DNA from: Myxococcota bacterium
GTDB taxonomy: Bacteria > Myxococcota_A > UBA9160 > UBA6930
Direction: 5' to 3'
Assembly: GCA_965223415.1 (NCBI GenBank)
Contig: OZ245002.1
Span: 1,664,001 to 1,728,000 of the forward strand
Length of the DNA: 64,000 nucleotides
In this document: positions 19,291 through 27,724 of the stretch, in pieces
Position numbering within the stretch: the stretch's first letter is position 1
How the letters are laid out: each line of letters begins with the position of its first letter
Notes under the pieces: model-generated
The model's database searches: none
The model's input: the letters and a program-made list of their open reading frames with translations, nothing else
Told to the model about the DNA's origin: nothing
Made by a program: the position numbers and the translations under genes

Positions 19291-19698
19291 TCAGGGCCGG
19301 CGGCGCCGGGCTCCCGCCTCCCGGCGGCGCTGCTCCAGGTAGGCGGCGACGGTCGCCCGCACGTCGACCTGGTCCACTTCCAGCTCGAAGACCACAGCGG
19401 ACGGCGGAAAGCCCATCCGGTATTCGGCGCCGTCGCGGGTGCGGTCGAGCAGGCCGTGGTCGACGAGCAGACGGCGCAGGGTGACGTGGTCCGTCGAGAT
19501 CGCCGGTGCCACCTCCCGGCCCCAGGCGCGCAGGAGCACACCGATCTCCCGCTCGCTGTATCTTCGGCGGCTGTCCATCAGCAACAGGATGCTCTTCATG
19601 AGGATCTGCCGGTCGCGACGCCGCCGCGGAAAGCGGCGGGGGCCTCTGTGGACGCCGAGGCGGCAGAGGCGGTCCAGGAACTCGTCGAGGCTGATCAT
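19291..19698 (-). CDS. DUF2087-like winged-helix protein
   Basis: YSEREI...DHVTLRRLLVDHGLLDRTRDG..Y. Confidence 0.8.
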   Translation of the reverse strand: MISLDEFLDRLCRLGVHRGPRRFPRRRRDRQILMKSILLLMDSRRRYSEREIGVLLRAWGREVAPAISTDHVTLRRLLVDHGLLDRTRDGAEYRMGFPPSAVVFELEVDQVDVRATVAAYLEQRRREAGARRRRP

Positions 19699-19797
19699 GC
19701 GTTCGGGGGCCCGGCTGGATAGTTGAGGGTGATTCGCCCGTAGCGCGCAGGGGGTCCGATGCGCTACCACACCCCCCGTTTGGGGGAGGTTCCTAGT

Positions 19798-19983
19798 ATG
19801 GCGGTTCGAAGAGACTGGCCGGCCATCATCAATCGCCTGAATCGCAGCAGGACGGGCGTGATGCGGATCAAGATGGGTTCCCCCGGGAGCGCCCAGGTGA
19901 CCCGCGTCCGCCTGCTGGCCGAGTGGAAGAACCTCGAGGCGACGACTGTCGGATCGGTCCTCGAGCTCCGGCTCCGCTCGTAG
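19798..19983 (+). CDS. Small hypothetical protein (61 aa)
   Basis: GGAGGT RBS before the ATG; ordinary globular composition; fills an intergenic gap. Confidence 0.6.
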   Translation: MAVRRDWPAIINRLNRSRTGVMRIKMGSPGSAQVTRVRLLAEWKNLEATTVGSVLELRLRS

Positions 19984-20034
19984 CCCTGCGACAGGGCGCT
20001 CGGATCGACGCCTCCGGCTAGGCTCCCTTTCGTG

Positions 20035-22956
20035 ATGCGCTCGGGGGGAGGCGCGAAGCCGGCGGAAGGAGTCCGGAGGCCGCTGAACGCGCGGGCGGGC
20101 TGCTGGATCCTGCTGCTCGTGTCCCTCCTCGGCGCCTGCGGCGAGCTCCAGCGACCGGTCGCTCGCACGGTCGAGCTCCGGCTGCGCGAGGTGTACGACG
20201 CCGGCGCCTGGCTGCGCCGCGTCCCGGCGCAGCTCGCCCTCTCGCTCTACGCGCGCACCAAGCTCGAGAGCTTCGTGGACGAGCTGGAGCTCCCGCCGGA
20301 GGTCCGCGCCCGGGTGCGTGCGCGGATGCGAGCCGAGGACTTCCTCGACGAGCTCGTTCCCTTCCTCCTCTTCCTGCGGGACATGTACACGCCGCCCGAG
20401 GGCGCGAGCGCGGAGACCTTCGACGACCACCTGCGCCGCGCCTTCCGCCCCGGCGACGGCGTGCCCGGCATGGAGCACTCGATGTTCCGCTGGGAAGAAG
20501 TGGAGACGGCGACGGAAGGCAGTCCGGCGCTCCCGGGCCTCGACCCGGACCTGGTGCGTCACCTCGTCACCTTCTACGACGTCCTCTACCTGAAGGCTGC
20601 CGTCGACGCGACGAACATGGGCGACCGCCTCGCTTGCGAGAGCCGCACCGCCCTCGAGGGGCTTCAGGAGGCGACGCGCGCCGCCAAGCCCGCGGTGCGT
20701 GGGCTGTTGCGTGCCCTGCGCAGTCAGCTCGCGGCCCAGGCCGACGTGGGTGCCGCCGTCGACGGCGTGCTTCGCGACGACGGGCGGCTCGAGGCCGCCA
20801 CCGCCGCGTTGATCCGTTTCGTCGACCAGACCGTATGCCGCAACTACCGCTTCTTCGCGGCCCGGGCCTTCCGGATGCAGCAGCTCGAGACGTGGATGCT
20901 AGGCGAGCTGGCCGAGCCCGACGGGGGCGAGCTGTGGGCCTTCCTCGAGCACGCCAATCGGCAGCGGCGCTACGGTGCCGTGATCGTCGTGGACGGCCTG
21001 CAGGGCGCGCTGCTCGACGCCCTGGCCCGGGGCGAGGCAGCCGCTCCCTTCCTGCGCGTCGTCGCCGCCGAGCAGGCGGCGGCCGGCGGCCCCGCGCCTT
21101 CCGCCCGGTCCCTGCGCGCCCCGGAGGCCCAGCAGACCCGCTTCGTGGAGCACATGGCCGAGCGGGGATTCCAGCACCCGGCCTACCTGCCCTTCTTCCG
21201 TCGGCTTCGCGCCATGCAGCGGAGTCTCTGGATCCCGATCGGCATCTCGACCACGCCGACGATCAGCGTGCGCAACATCCCGCTCGCCTTGGCGGGCGCG
21301 CCCGTGGCCGGCCAGGGCGCCACTGGCCTTCCGAACTTCCATTTCGTGGACCGCACCTTCACCCGCAAGGGCGAGCAGCGCGGCCGCCCCTACTACTTCT
21401 ACGGGAGCGACGCTGTGGAGCTGGTCTCCATGGCGCGAGCGTCGGGGATGCGCACCCTCTTCGAGCGCCTCCCCCAGCTCGGCGGCCTGAGCTGCACCGC
21501 CCAGTACGACGAGCACGCCCACTTCGGGATCGACGCGCTCCTCAACCTGGGTCTGGGGGAGAAGCTCCGCGACTTCGGCGACCGGATGTGCGCCGCGGAG
21601 CTCGAACGACGCGCTCGCACCGAGCGCGAGCTCCAGGCCCTCCGGAGCGAGCTGCTGGCGAAGCGCGAGCTCCTCCGAGGCGAGCGGCCCTGGTACGCCT
21701 TCTGGCAACAGCTGGGGGACGAGCAGGACCGCGCCCTCGCCCGCCGCTCGATCGCGGACGTCGCACGGCTCGAGCAGCGCACCCTGCCGGAGCTGCTCGT
21801 CTACTACAACCCCTGGCCGGATCACTTCGCCCACTTCGAGGGCCCCTTCGCCGACGAGATCCTGGCGCCCTCCGGTGAGCTGAACCGTCTCGACTACTGG
21901 CTGGGGCGCGTCCACGGCGCCTACGCGGAGGCGGGTGTGCTGCCGCGCACCCTGTTCGGCATGGCCGGCGACCACGGCCTCGCCCCCGTCTTCCACCTGC
22001 TGAACCCCGAGGTCGAGGTCTTCGACGCCCTGCGCGACGAGGGCGTCGACTTCCGCGTCCTGAAGATCTCCTCCGACGAGGGAGAGGGGCCCAAGCTCAC
22101 CAACCCGTTCGATCCGCCGTCGATGAAGGGCGTCGACCTGGTGGTCGCCTCCACCGCGGGCGGCAACTACATGCTCGACCTCTTCGCGGATCAGGCCGAC
22201 GGCTTCGCGACCCAGCCGCTGGCTTCCCAGCTACGGGTCTTGCGCCCCCTCGCTTCCCGCGACGGCCCGATGGTCGACCTGCTGGAAGAGATCACCCGCC
22301 GTCTGGCCGACTCCCTGGACTACCTGGTGGTCCGAGAGAGCCGGTGCTCACCAGCTGGCGGCAGCGTGCTCGTGCTCGCGGAACGCGACGGAGTGCAGGC
22401 CCGCGGGCGCATCGAGCGTCGCGAGCGCCGCGTCCACTACGCCTTCGCAGGCGCTGACCTCCTCGACACCGGCGTCCTGTCGCCCTACGAGGCGATCGAC
22501 GATGCCGGACGCGCCGCGCATGCGGATCTTCGCGCCCGCTGTCTCTCGGCGGCGGTGGATCGGCCGGAGACCTGGTGCGACGAGAGCGAGTGGCGCCGGC
22601 TCACGTCCTACACGCCGCGGCCGGACTCGGTCGTCCAGCTCGCCCACCTCTACGACGCGGAACGCGCCGGCACCGTGAACCTCTTTCCCCGAGCCGGCGT
22701 CGGCTACAACTCCGGCGTGCCGGGCCGGCACGCCGGCGAGTCGTTTCACGAGAAGAACGCCTTCCTGGCGGTGTGGGGCGAGCCGCTCGCCGACGCCGAT
22801 GGGAGAGGCGTGCGCAGCGTCGTCAACGGGGCGATGCCGATGGCGGTCTTCCAGCATCTCGCGGGCGAGCGGCCGGTGCGCGGGCGGGACGGCTGGGGCC
22901 ACGACCCGCTCCCGGCCGACGCCTTCCGCGCCCGGTCGGGCGACGGCGGCCCCTGA
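20035..22956 (+). CDS. Large putative lipoprotein of the alkaline phosphatase / nucleotide pyrophosphatase superfamily
   Basis: Lipobox-like LLGAC; metal-site motifs IVVDG, TPTISVRN, PDHFAH, AGDHG, GRH. Confidence 0.8.
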   Translation: MRSGGGAKPAEGVRRPLNARAGCWILLLVSLLGACGELQRPVARTVELRLREVYDAGAWLRRVPAQLALSLYARTKLESFVDELELPPEVRARVRARMRAEDFLDELVPFLLFLRDMYTPPEGASAETFDDHLRRAFRPGDGVPGMEHSMFRWEEVETATEGSPALPGLDPDLVRHLVTFYDVLYLKAAVDATNMGDRLACESRTALEGLQEATRAAKPAVRGLLRALRSQLAAQADVGAAVDGVLRDDGRLEAATAALIRFVDQTVCRNYRFFAARAFRMQQLETWMLGELAEPDGGELWAFLEHANRQRRYGAVIVVDGLQGALLDALARGEAAAPFLRVVAAEQAAAGGPAPSARSLRAPEAQQTRFVEHMAERGFQHPAYLPFFRRLRAMQRSLWIPIGISTTPTISVRNIPLALAGAPVAGQGATGLPNFHFVDRTFTRKGEQRGRPYYFYGSDAVELVSMARASGMRTLFERLPQLGGLSCTAQYDEHAHFGIDALLNLGLGEKLRDFGDRMCAAELERRARTERELQALRSELLAKRELLRGERPWYAFWQQLGDEQDRALARRSIADVARLEQRTLPELLVYYNPWPDHFAHFEGPFADEILAPSGELNRLDYWLGRVHGAYAEAGVLPRTLFGMAGDHGLAPVFHLLNPEVEVFDALRDEGVDFRVLKISSDEGEGPKLTNPFDPPSMKGVDLVVASTAGGNYMLDLFADQADGFATQPLASQLRVLRPLASRDGPMVDLLEEITRRLADSLDYLVVRESRCSPAGGSVLVLAERDGVQARGRIERRERRVHYAFAGADLLDTGVLSPYEAIDDAGRAAHADLRARCLSAAVDRPETWCDESEWRRLTSYTPRPDSVVQLAHLYDAERAGTVNLFPRAGVGYNSGVPGRHAGESFHEKNAFLAVWGEPLADADGRGVRSVVNGAMPMAVFQHLAGERPVRGRDGWGHDPLPADAFRARSGDGGP

Positions 22957-23054
22957 AAGGCCCCCGGCACGCCGTGCAGCAGCCGACGCCGGAGCCAGGC
23001 GAGCCCTTGGAATCTCGGGCACCATGGGCTTCTCCCGTCCACCCGGAGGCTCCC

Positions 23055-24659
23055 ATGCGCCATCTCGCCCCGCTCCTGATCGCCCTGCTCCTGGCCGGCC
23101 CCGCCCTGGCCGGCGGGCCGACGGCGCCGGTCGCTTCCCACCCGGCACCGGAAGGCGTCGGCGAAGCCTTCGTGCCGGGGGTGCGGCTGGTGAGCGAGCT
23201 GCCCGGAGGCTACGTGGAGGAGGAGTTCATCCTCAGTGGAGCCGCCAACAACTACACCTACGCCCAGCCGCCGGTTCGCGACGAGCTGGTGGTGCTCCAG
23301 CCCGACGTGCCGTGGACGACCCGCCTCATCGTTCGCCGCCCGCCGGACCCCAGGGCCTTCGGGGGGACGGTGGTCATCGAGTGGTGGAACTCGACGGCCC
23401 AGTTCGACACGGCGCCGGTGTGGGATCCCTCGGCCGAGTTCTTCGTCCGCGAGAACTGGATCTACGTGGGCGTCACGAACAGCCCCACCTCGATCGACCA
23501 CCTGACCGGGGGTTGCATGACCTTGGGCGTCCTCCCGCCGACCTGCGGTACGCGCTACGCAGGCCTCTCGATCCCGGAGGCGGGCGTCGCCTTCGAGATG
23601 ATGAGTCAGATCGCGAACAAGCTGAAGAGTCTCGACGCGGACCGCCCGATCCCCCTGTCCTACGACGTCGAGCGCATCTTCCACACCGGCCAGTCCCAGC
23701 AGGGTGGCTCCGTCATCACCTACGCGACCGCGTTCCACTTTCCGGCGAACGACGGCTACTTCGTCCAGGGCGCGACCGGCGCGCGGCCGATCAACTTCCA
23801 GCCCAGCTGCACGCGGGATCCCGACAGCAACCCCTCACCTCCGCCCTACCCGGCGTGCACGCCGCGACTCACGGGCCCGGACGCCCTCGTCGCGACGGAC
23901 CTTCCGGTGCCGCTCGTCCAGGCCCTGGCCGAGACCGACGTGCCGGGGAGCCTTCGCCGCGGCGGGCGCCAGGCCGATACCGAGACCTACCGGTACTACG
24001 AGATGACCGGCGTGGCCCACACGACGGTTCACGAGGACGTGGAGCTCCTGCCCCAGGGCTTCCTCGGCCTGCCCCGCCTGACCCTGGAAGACGCCTGCCT
24101 GAACCCGCTGAACACCAGCGCCGACGGGCCCGTCTTCGGCAGCTATCTGATGAACGCCATGTGGGCCAACCTGGATTCTCAGGCGCGTTTCGGCATCGAT
24201 CCGCCCTTCGGCGATCCGCTCCAGATCGACGCGGCCGGAGCCATCGCACGCGACGCGCTGGGCAACGCGCAGGGCGGCGTCCGGCTGCCGGCCATCGAGG
24301 TGCCGATCGCCGCCTATACCGGGACCAACATCATCGACCCGAACGTGTTCCCTCCTCTCCAACCCCTGCTCGGGCTGTTCTGCCGCCTCACGGGCTCGGT
24401 AGACGCCTTCGATCACGCCACCCTCGCGACCCTCTACCAGAACAACAGCGGCTACGTGCGGCGCGTGCGCGCCGCTGCGACGGCGCTGCGAGTGGAGGGC
24501 TTCCTGCTGCGGGCCGCCGTGGACCAGATCGTCGCGGATGCGGAGGCCGCGAACATCATGGGCGAGGACAGCTGCGGCCGAGGCAGCGGCGCGTCCCTGG
24601 CGATCCTCCCCCTCGCCTGGTGGCGAAGCCGGCGCGCGCTGCGGAGCCGACGCGCCTGA
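23055..24659 (+). CDS. Secreted alpha/beta-hydrolase-domain protein with a C-terminal Cys/TM/Arg-rich tail
   Basis: Signal peptide; YVEEEFILSG, GTVVIEWWN, GQSQQG nucleophile elbow, GNAQGGVRLP; tail CGRGSGASLAILPLAWWRSRR. Confidence 0.8.
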   Translation: MRHLAPLLIALLLAGPALAGGPTAPVASHPAPEGVGEAFVPGVRLVSELPGGYVEEEFILSGAANNYTYAQPPVRDELVVLQPDVPWTTRLIVRRPPDPRAFGGTVVIEWWNSTAQFDTAPVWDPSAEFFVRENWIYVGVTNSPTSIDHLTGGCMTLGVLPPTCGTRYAGLSIPEAGVAFEMMSQIANKLKSLDADRPIPLSYDVERIFHTGQSQQGGSVITYATAFHFPANDGYFVQGATGARPINFQPSCTRDPDSNPSPPPYPACTPRLTGPDALVATDLPVPLVQALAETDVPGSLRRGGRQADTETYRYYEMTGVAHTTVHEDVELLPQGFLGLPRLTLEDACLNPLNTSADGPVFGSYLMNAMWANLDSQARFGIDPPFGDPLQIDAAGAIARDALGNAQGGVRLPAIEVPIAAYTGTNIIDPNVFPPLQPLLGLFCRLTGSVDAFDHATLATLYQNNSGYVRRVRAAATALRVEGFLLRAAVDQIVADAEAANIMGEDSCGRGSGASLAILPLAWWRSRRALRSRRA

Positions 24660-25183
24660 GCAAGGCCGCCGAGGCGCTGGCGGCGCTGCGCCGGCTCCAC
24701 GACGAGGTCGACCGGCGTGTCGCGGCCCTGGGCCCGCGACACGGCAGCCGCCTCCAATGCCGGCGCGGCTGCGCGGCCTGCTGTGTCGACGACCTGACCG
24801 TCTCCCAGATCGAGGCCCAGCGCATCCGGCGGGCGCACCGGCGACTGCTGGAGGAAGGCGCTCCGCACGGGCGCGGCGCCTGCGCCTTCCTTTCGGAGGG
24901 CGGCGCATGCCGCATCTACCCGGACCGCCCCTACGTCTGCCGAACCCAGGGCCTGCCGCTGCGCTGGATGGAGGAGGATGCCTCGGGCCGCATCCGCGAG
25001 CAGCGCGACGTCTGCGAGCTGAACCTGCCCGGGCCACCGCTCGCGAGCCTGGAGGAGGAAGCCTGCTGGACCCTCGGTCCGACGGAGCTCGAGCTCGACC
25101 GCATCGAGCGCGAGTGGCGGCCGGGCCCCCAGCGGCGCATCCGCCTACGCGACCTCTTCGCGCGGCCTCAGCCCTCGACCTGA
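24656..25183 (+). CDS. YkgJ-family cysteine-cluster (Zn/Fe-chelating) protein; start uncertain
   Basis: CRRGCAACC, CAFL...GACRIYPDRPYVCR, CELN. Confidence 0.8.
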   Translation: MSKAAEALAALRRLHDEVDRRVAALGPRHGSRLQCRRGCAACCVDDLTVSQIEAQRIRRAHRRLLEEGAPHGRGACAFLSEGGACRIYPDRPYVCRTQGLPLRWMEEDASGRIREQRDVCELNLPGPPLASLEEEACWTLGPTELELDRIEREWRPGPQRRIRLRDLFARPQPST

Positions 25184-25530
25184 CCGCCCCGCGCCCGGCA
25201 CTCGTCCACGCGCATGAACGAGACCGCGCCGTTCAACCGACAGCCGACGATGTTGGTGTTCTTCGGGCCGGAGGTGATGGTCCGGGCCTCCTTCCACCAC
25301 TCGCTCACGTCGGGAACCTTCTCCTTCCAGGAGGACGACGAGTCGGGCTTCGCGGCCTCGGGCGCCGTGGCCTTCGGCGCCGCCGCCTGGGGCGACGCGG
25401 CCGGCCGACCCTCCGAGTTCCCGCCGTAGCGCTCGAGCTCCGCCTGCCCCCACTCGAGCTCGTCCAGCACGAAGCAGCCCGAGAGGCCGGTGGCCAGGAG
25501 GGCGAGGACCAGGAGACGGAAGAGAGCCAT
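25168..25530 (-). CDS. Hypothetical lipoprotein
   Basis: Lipoprotein signal MALFRLLVLALLATGLSG-C; C-terminal Cys pair. Confidence 0.7.
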   Translation of the reverse strand: MALFRLLVLALLATGLSGCFVLDELEWGQAELERYGGNSEGRPAASPQAAAPKATAPEAAKPDSSSSWKEKVPDVSEWWKEARTITSGPKNTNIVGCRLNGAVSFMRVDECRARGGQVEG

Positions 25531-25659
25531 GTCGGACTCTTCGGCCGGCCGGGGCTGGTGCCTTTGTGACGGAAGGTCCAAGGGCGGGAGAGGTGCTGCG
25601 AGGCCGGCGTATACACTGCTGGGTGGGTTCTCCGGGGGATCGTTGCCGATCGATGAACC

Positions 25660-25780
25660 CCGTTTTCCATATAAATTTCCAGTGATTATGGAGGCTTTTG
25701 CGCATCGCCATCCGAACGAGTCTTGACGCAATGTGATTTTGGATGTATTTGTTCGTATACTTTTCATTTCGTTGGAGATC
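25660..25780 (+). promoter_or_regulatory. AT-rich promoter region of the pspA/flotillin operon
   Basis: Sharp AT enrichment; TTGACG at 25723, 17-bp spacer, weak -10 TATTTG. Confidence 0.5.
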
Positions 25781-25782
25781 GA

Positions 25783-26295
25783 ATGTCGTCCAAGAGCGTC
25801 CCTCTGAGCGTCCGGATCACCCCGGACGATGCGGAGTTCCTGGCCCGGCTTCGCGTCGATCAGGCCGCCACCCCCAGCGAGAAGCTCCGGGCCCTGGTCC
25901 GTGAGGAGCGCAGGCGCCGCGAGGGCTATCGCTCCTACGGCCGCGTGCTGCGCCTCACCAGCGAGACCCTCGCGCCCACCCTCGAGCGCATCCGGACCGC
26001 CGAGAACACCCATCGCATCCACTCGGAGCTCGTGCACACCGTCGAGGAGTGGCTGCCGGACCTGATGGCCTTCGTGCTCACGTCGATGGCGGAGACGCCC
26101 GAGGGCGACGAGCGCCAAGCGCTCCTCGACATGGAAGACGCCCTCGCCGATCGGGTCTTCCGCCTCGTCGAAGCCGTGCTTCGCCTAGCCGTCACCCGAC
26201 AGGTACGCGGCTACGACCCGGACGTCGTGGCGCGACGCATCGGACCCATCCTGGAGCTGGCGGAGCTGATCCGGCGCGCCAGCGACGATTCCTGA
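25783..26295 (+). CDS. Hypothetical protein, putative ribbon-helix-helix-like regulator leading the pspA operon
   Basis: N-terminal beta-strand/helix pattern SVPLSVRITPDDAEFLARL...TPSEKLRALV; GGAG RBS. Confidence 0.6.
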   Translation: MSSKSVPLSVRITPDDAEFLARLRVDQAATPSEKLRALVREERRRREGYRSYGRVLRLTSETLAPTLERIRTAENTHRIHSELVHTVEEWLPDLMAFVLTSMAETPEGDERQALLDMEDALADRVFRLVEAVLRLAVTRQVRGYDPDVVARRIGPILELAELIRRASDDS

Positions 26296-26321
26296 AGACG
26301 AACCGCGAGAGGAGAACGAGC

Positions 26322-26987
26322 ATGGCCGAGTCGTTGGCATCACGAGTGGGACGCATCGTGAGCGGAAGTGTGCACGCCCTGGTGAAGGCAATGGAGGACG
26401 CGGCGCCGGAAGCCGTGCTCGAGCAGGCTATCCGGGAGGTGGAGGCCGCCACCGATGACGTGCGGGCCGAGCTGGGTCGTGAGCTGGCGAAGAAGCACCT
26501 GGCGAGCACGCGCCTCGCCGAAGAGAGCCGACGCCACGAGGACCTCGCCGAGAAGCTCGAGCTCGCCCTGAAGGAGGAACGGGAGGATCTCGCGGAGGCC
26601 GCCGCGGCGCGGCAGCTCGACATCGAGGCGCAGATCCCGGTCCTCGAGCGCACGCTCGCCGATTGCGGAGACCGGGAGAAGGAGCTCGAAGGTTTCGTCG
26701 CCGCCCTCCAAGCGCGGAAGCGCGACATGGCGGAAGAGCTGCGCGGCTTCATCGAAAGCCGCACGAGCGCGAGCCCCCGCGCAGACGCCGCCAGTGCGAA
26801 CCCCACCAAGCGGGTCGAGAAGGCCGCGAGCGCGTTCGAGAAGGTCCTCGAGCGAAATGCTGGCGTCGCCGGCGGCCGCGAGGGTCTGGAACATGCGACC
26901 AAGCTCCAGGAGCTGGAGGACCTCGCGCGGAAGAATCGGGTCCGGGAGCGCCTCGAGGCTGCCCGCGCCCGAATGGACCAGAGCTGA
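26322..26987 (+). CDS. PspA/IM30 family protein (bacterial ESCRT-III-like)
   Basis: N-terminal amphipathic helix, PEAVLEQAIREV, AL..EREDLA.AA, long coiled coil. Confidence 0.88.
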   Translation: MAESLASRVGRIVSGSVHALVKAMEDAAPEAVLEQAIREVEAATDDVRAELGRELAKKHLASTRLAEESRRHEDLAEKLELALKEEREDLAEAAAARQLDIEAQIPVLERTLADCGDREKELEGFVAALQARKRDMAEELRGFIESRTSASPRADAASANPTKRVEKAASAFEKVLERNAGVAGGREGLEHATKLQELEDLARKNRVRERLEAARARMDQS

Positions 26988-27009
26988 GGAAGGAAGGAGA
27001 AGCATCCGC

Positions 27010-27705
27010 ATGCTCGAGTTCCTGCTGCTGCCGCAGAACTTCCCCTTCAGCGTCGCGCTGGCGGTGATGCTGGGGATCGCGGTGATGGAGGGAGTCGGCA
27101 CGCTCTTCGGAGCGGGCCTCTCCTCGCTGCTCGACTCCTTGATCCCGGACTTCGACGTGGACGTCGACCTGGATCTCGATGCGGACGCGGACCAGGCGGG
27201 CGCCATGGGCCACGGCTTCTTCACCGGCGTGCTCGGCTGGCTGCAGGTGGGTAGGGTTCCGGTTCTCGTCCTGCTGGTGATCTTCCTGACCGGCTTCGGA
27301 CTGATCGGCCTGGCCGTGCAGGGCTTCGTCCACGGGCTCCTGGGCCTGGCGTTGCCGAGTGTCGTGGCGGCCGTCCCGGCGTTCCTGGGCGCGATGCCGG
27401 TGGTCCGCGTCGCCGGGGGGCTCGTGGCTCGGCTCGTCCCGAAGGAAGAGACGGCGGCGGTCTCGCGGGAGAGCTTCGTGGGCCGCGTCGCGACGATCGT
27501 GCTGGGAACCGCCGCCACCGGCGCGCCGGCCCAGGCCCGCCTGCGCGATACCCACGGCCGCACCCACTACGTGATGGTCGAGCCGGATATGGATGGCGAG
27601 ACCTTCTCGGCTGGCGAGTCCGTACTCCTCGTCCGCAGTGCCGGCCCGAGATTCCGCGTGATCGCACCACCTAGCGACACGCTTCTTGCGAACGAAGACG
27701 AATGA
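27010..27705 (+). CDS. YqiJ-like (DUF1449/NfeD-like) membrane protein
   Basis: NFPFSVALAVM, LGWLQVGRVP, C-terminal OB-fold AQARLRD.HG.THYVMVEP. Confidence 0.88.
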   Translation: MLEFLLLPQNFPFSVALAVMLGIAVMEGVGTLFGAGLSSLLDSLIPDFDVDVDLDLDADADQAGAMGHGFFTGVLGWLQVGRVPVLVLLVIFLTGFGLIGLAVQGFVHGLLGLALPSVVAAVPAFLGAMPVVRVAGGLVARLVPKEETAAVSRESFVGRVATIVLGTAATGAPAQARLRDTHGRTHYVMVEPDMDGETFSAGESVLLVRSAGPRFRVIAPPSDTLLANEDE

Positions 27706-27724
27706 AACGGATGGAAGGACTCAC

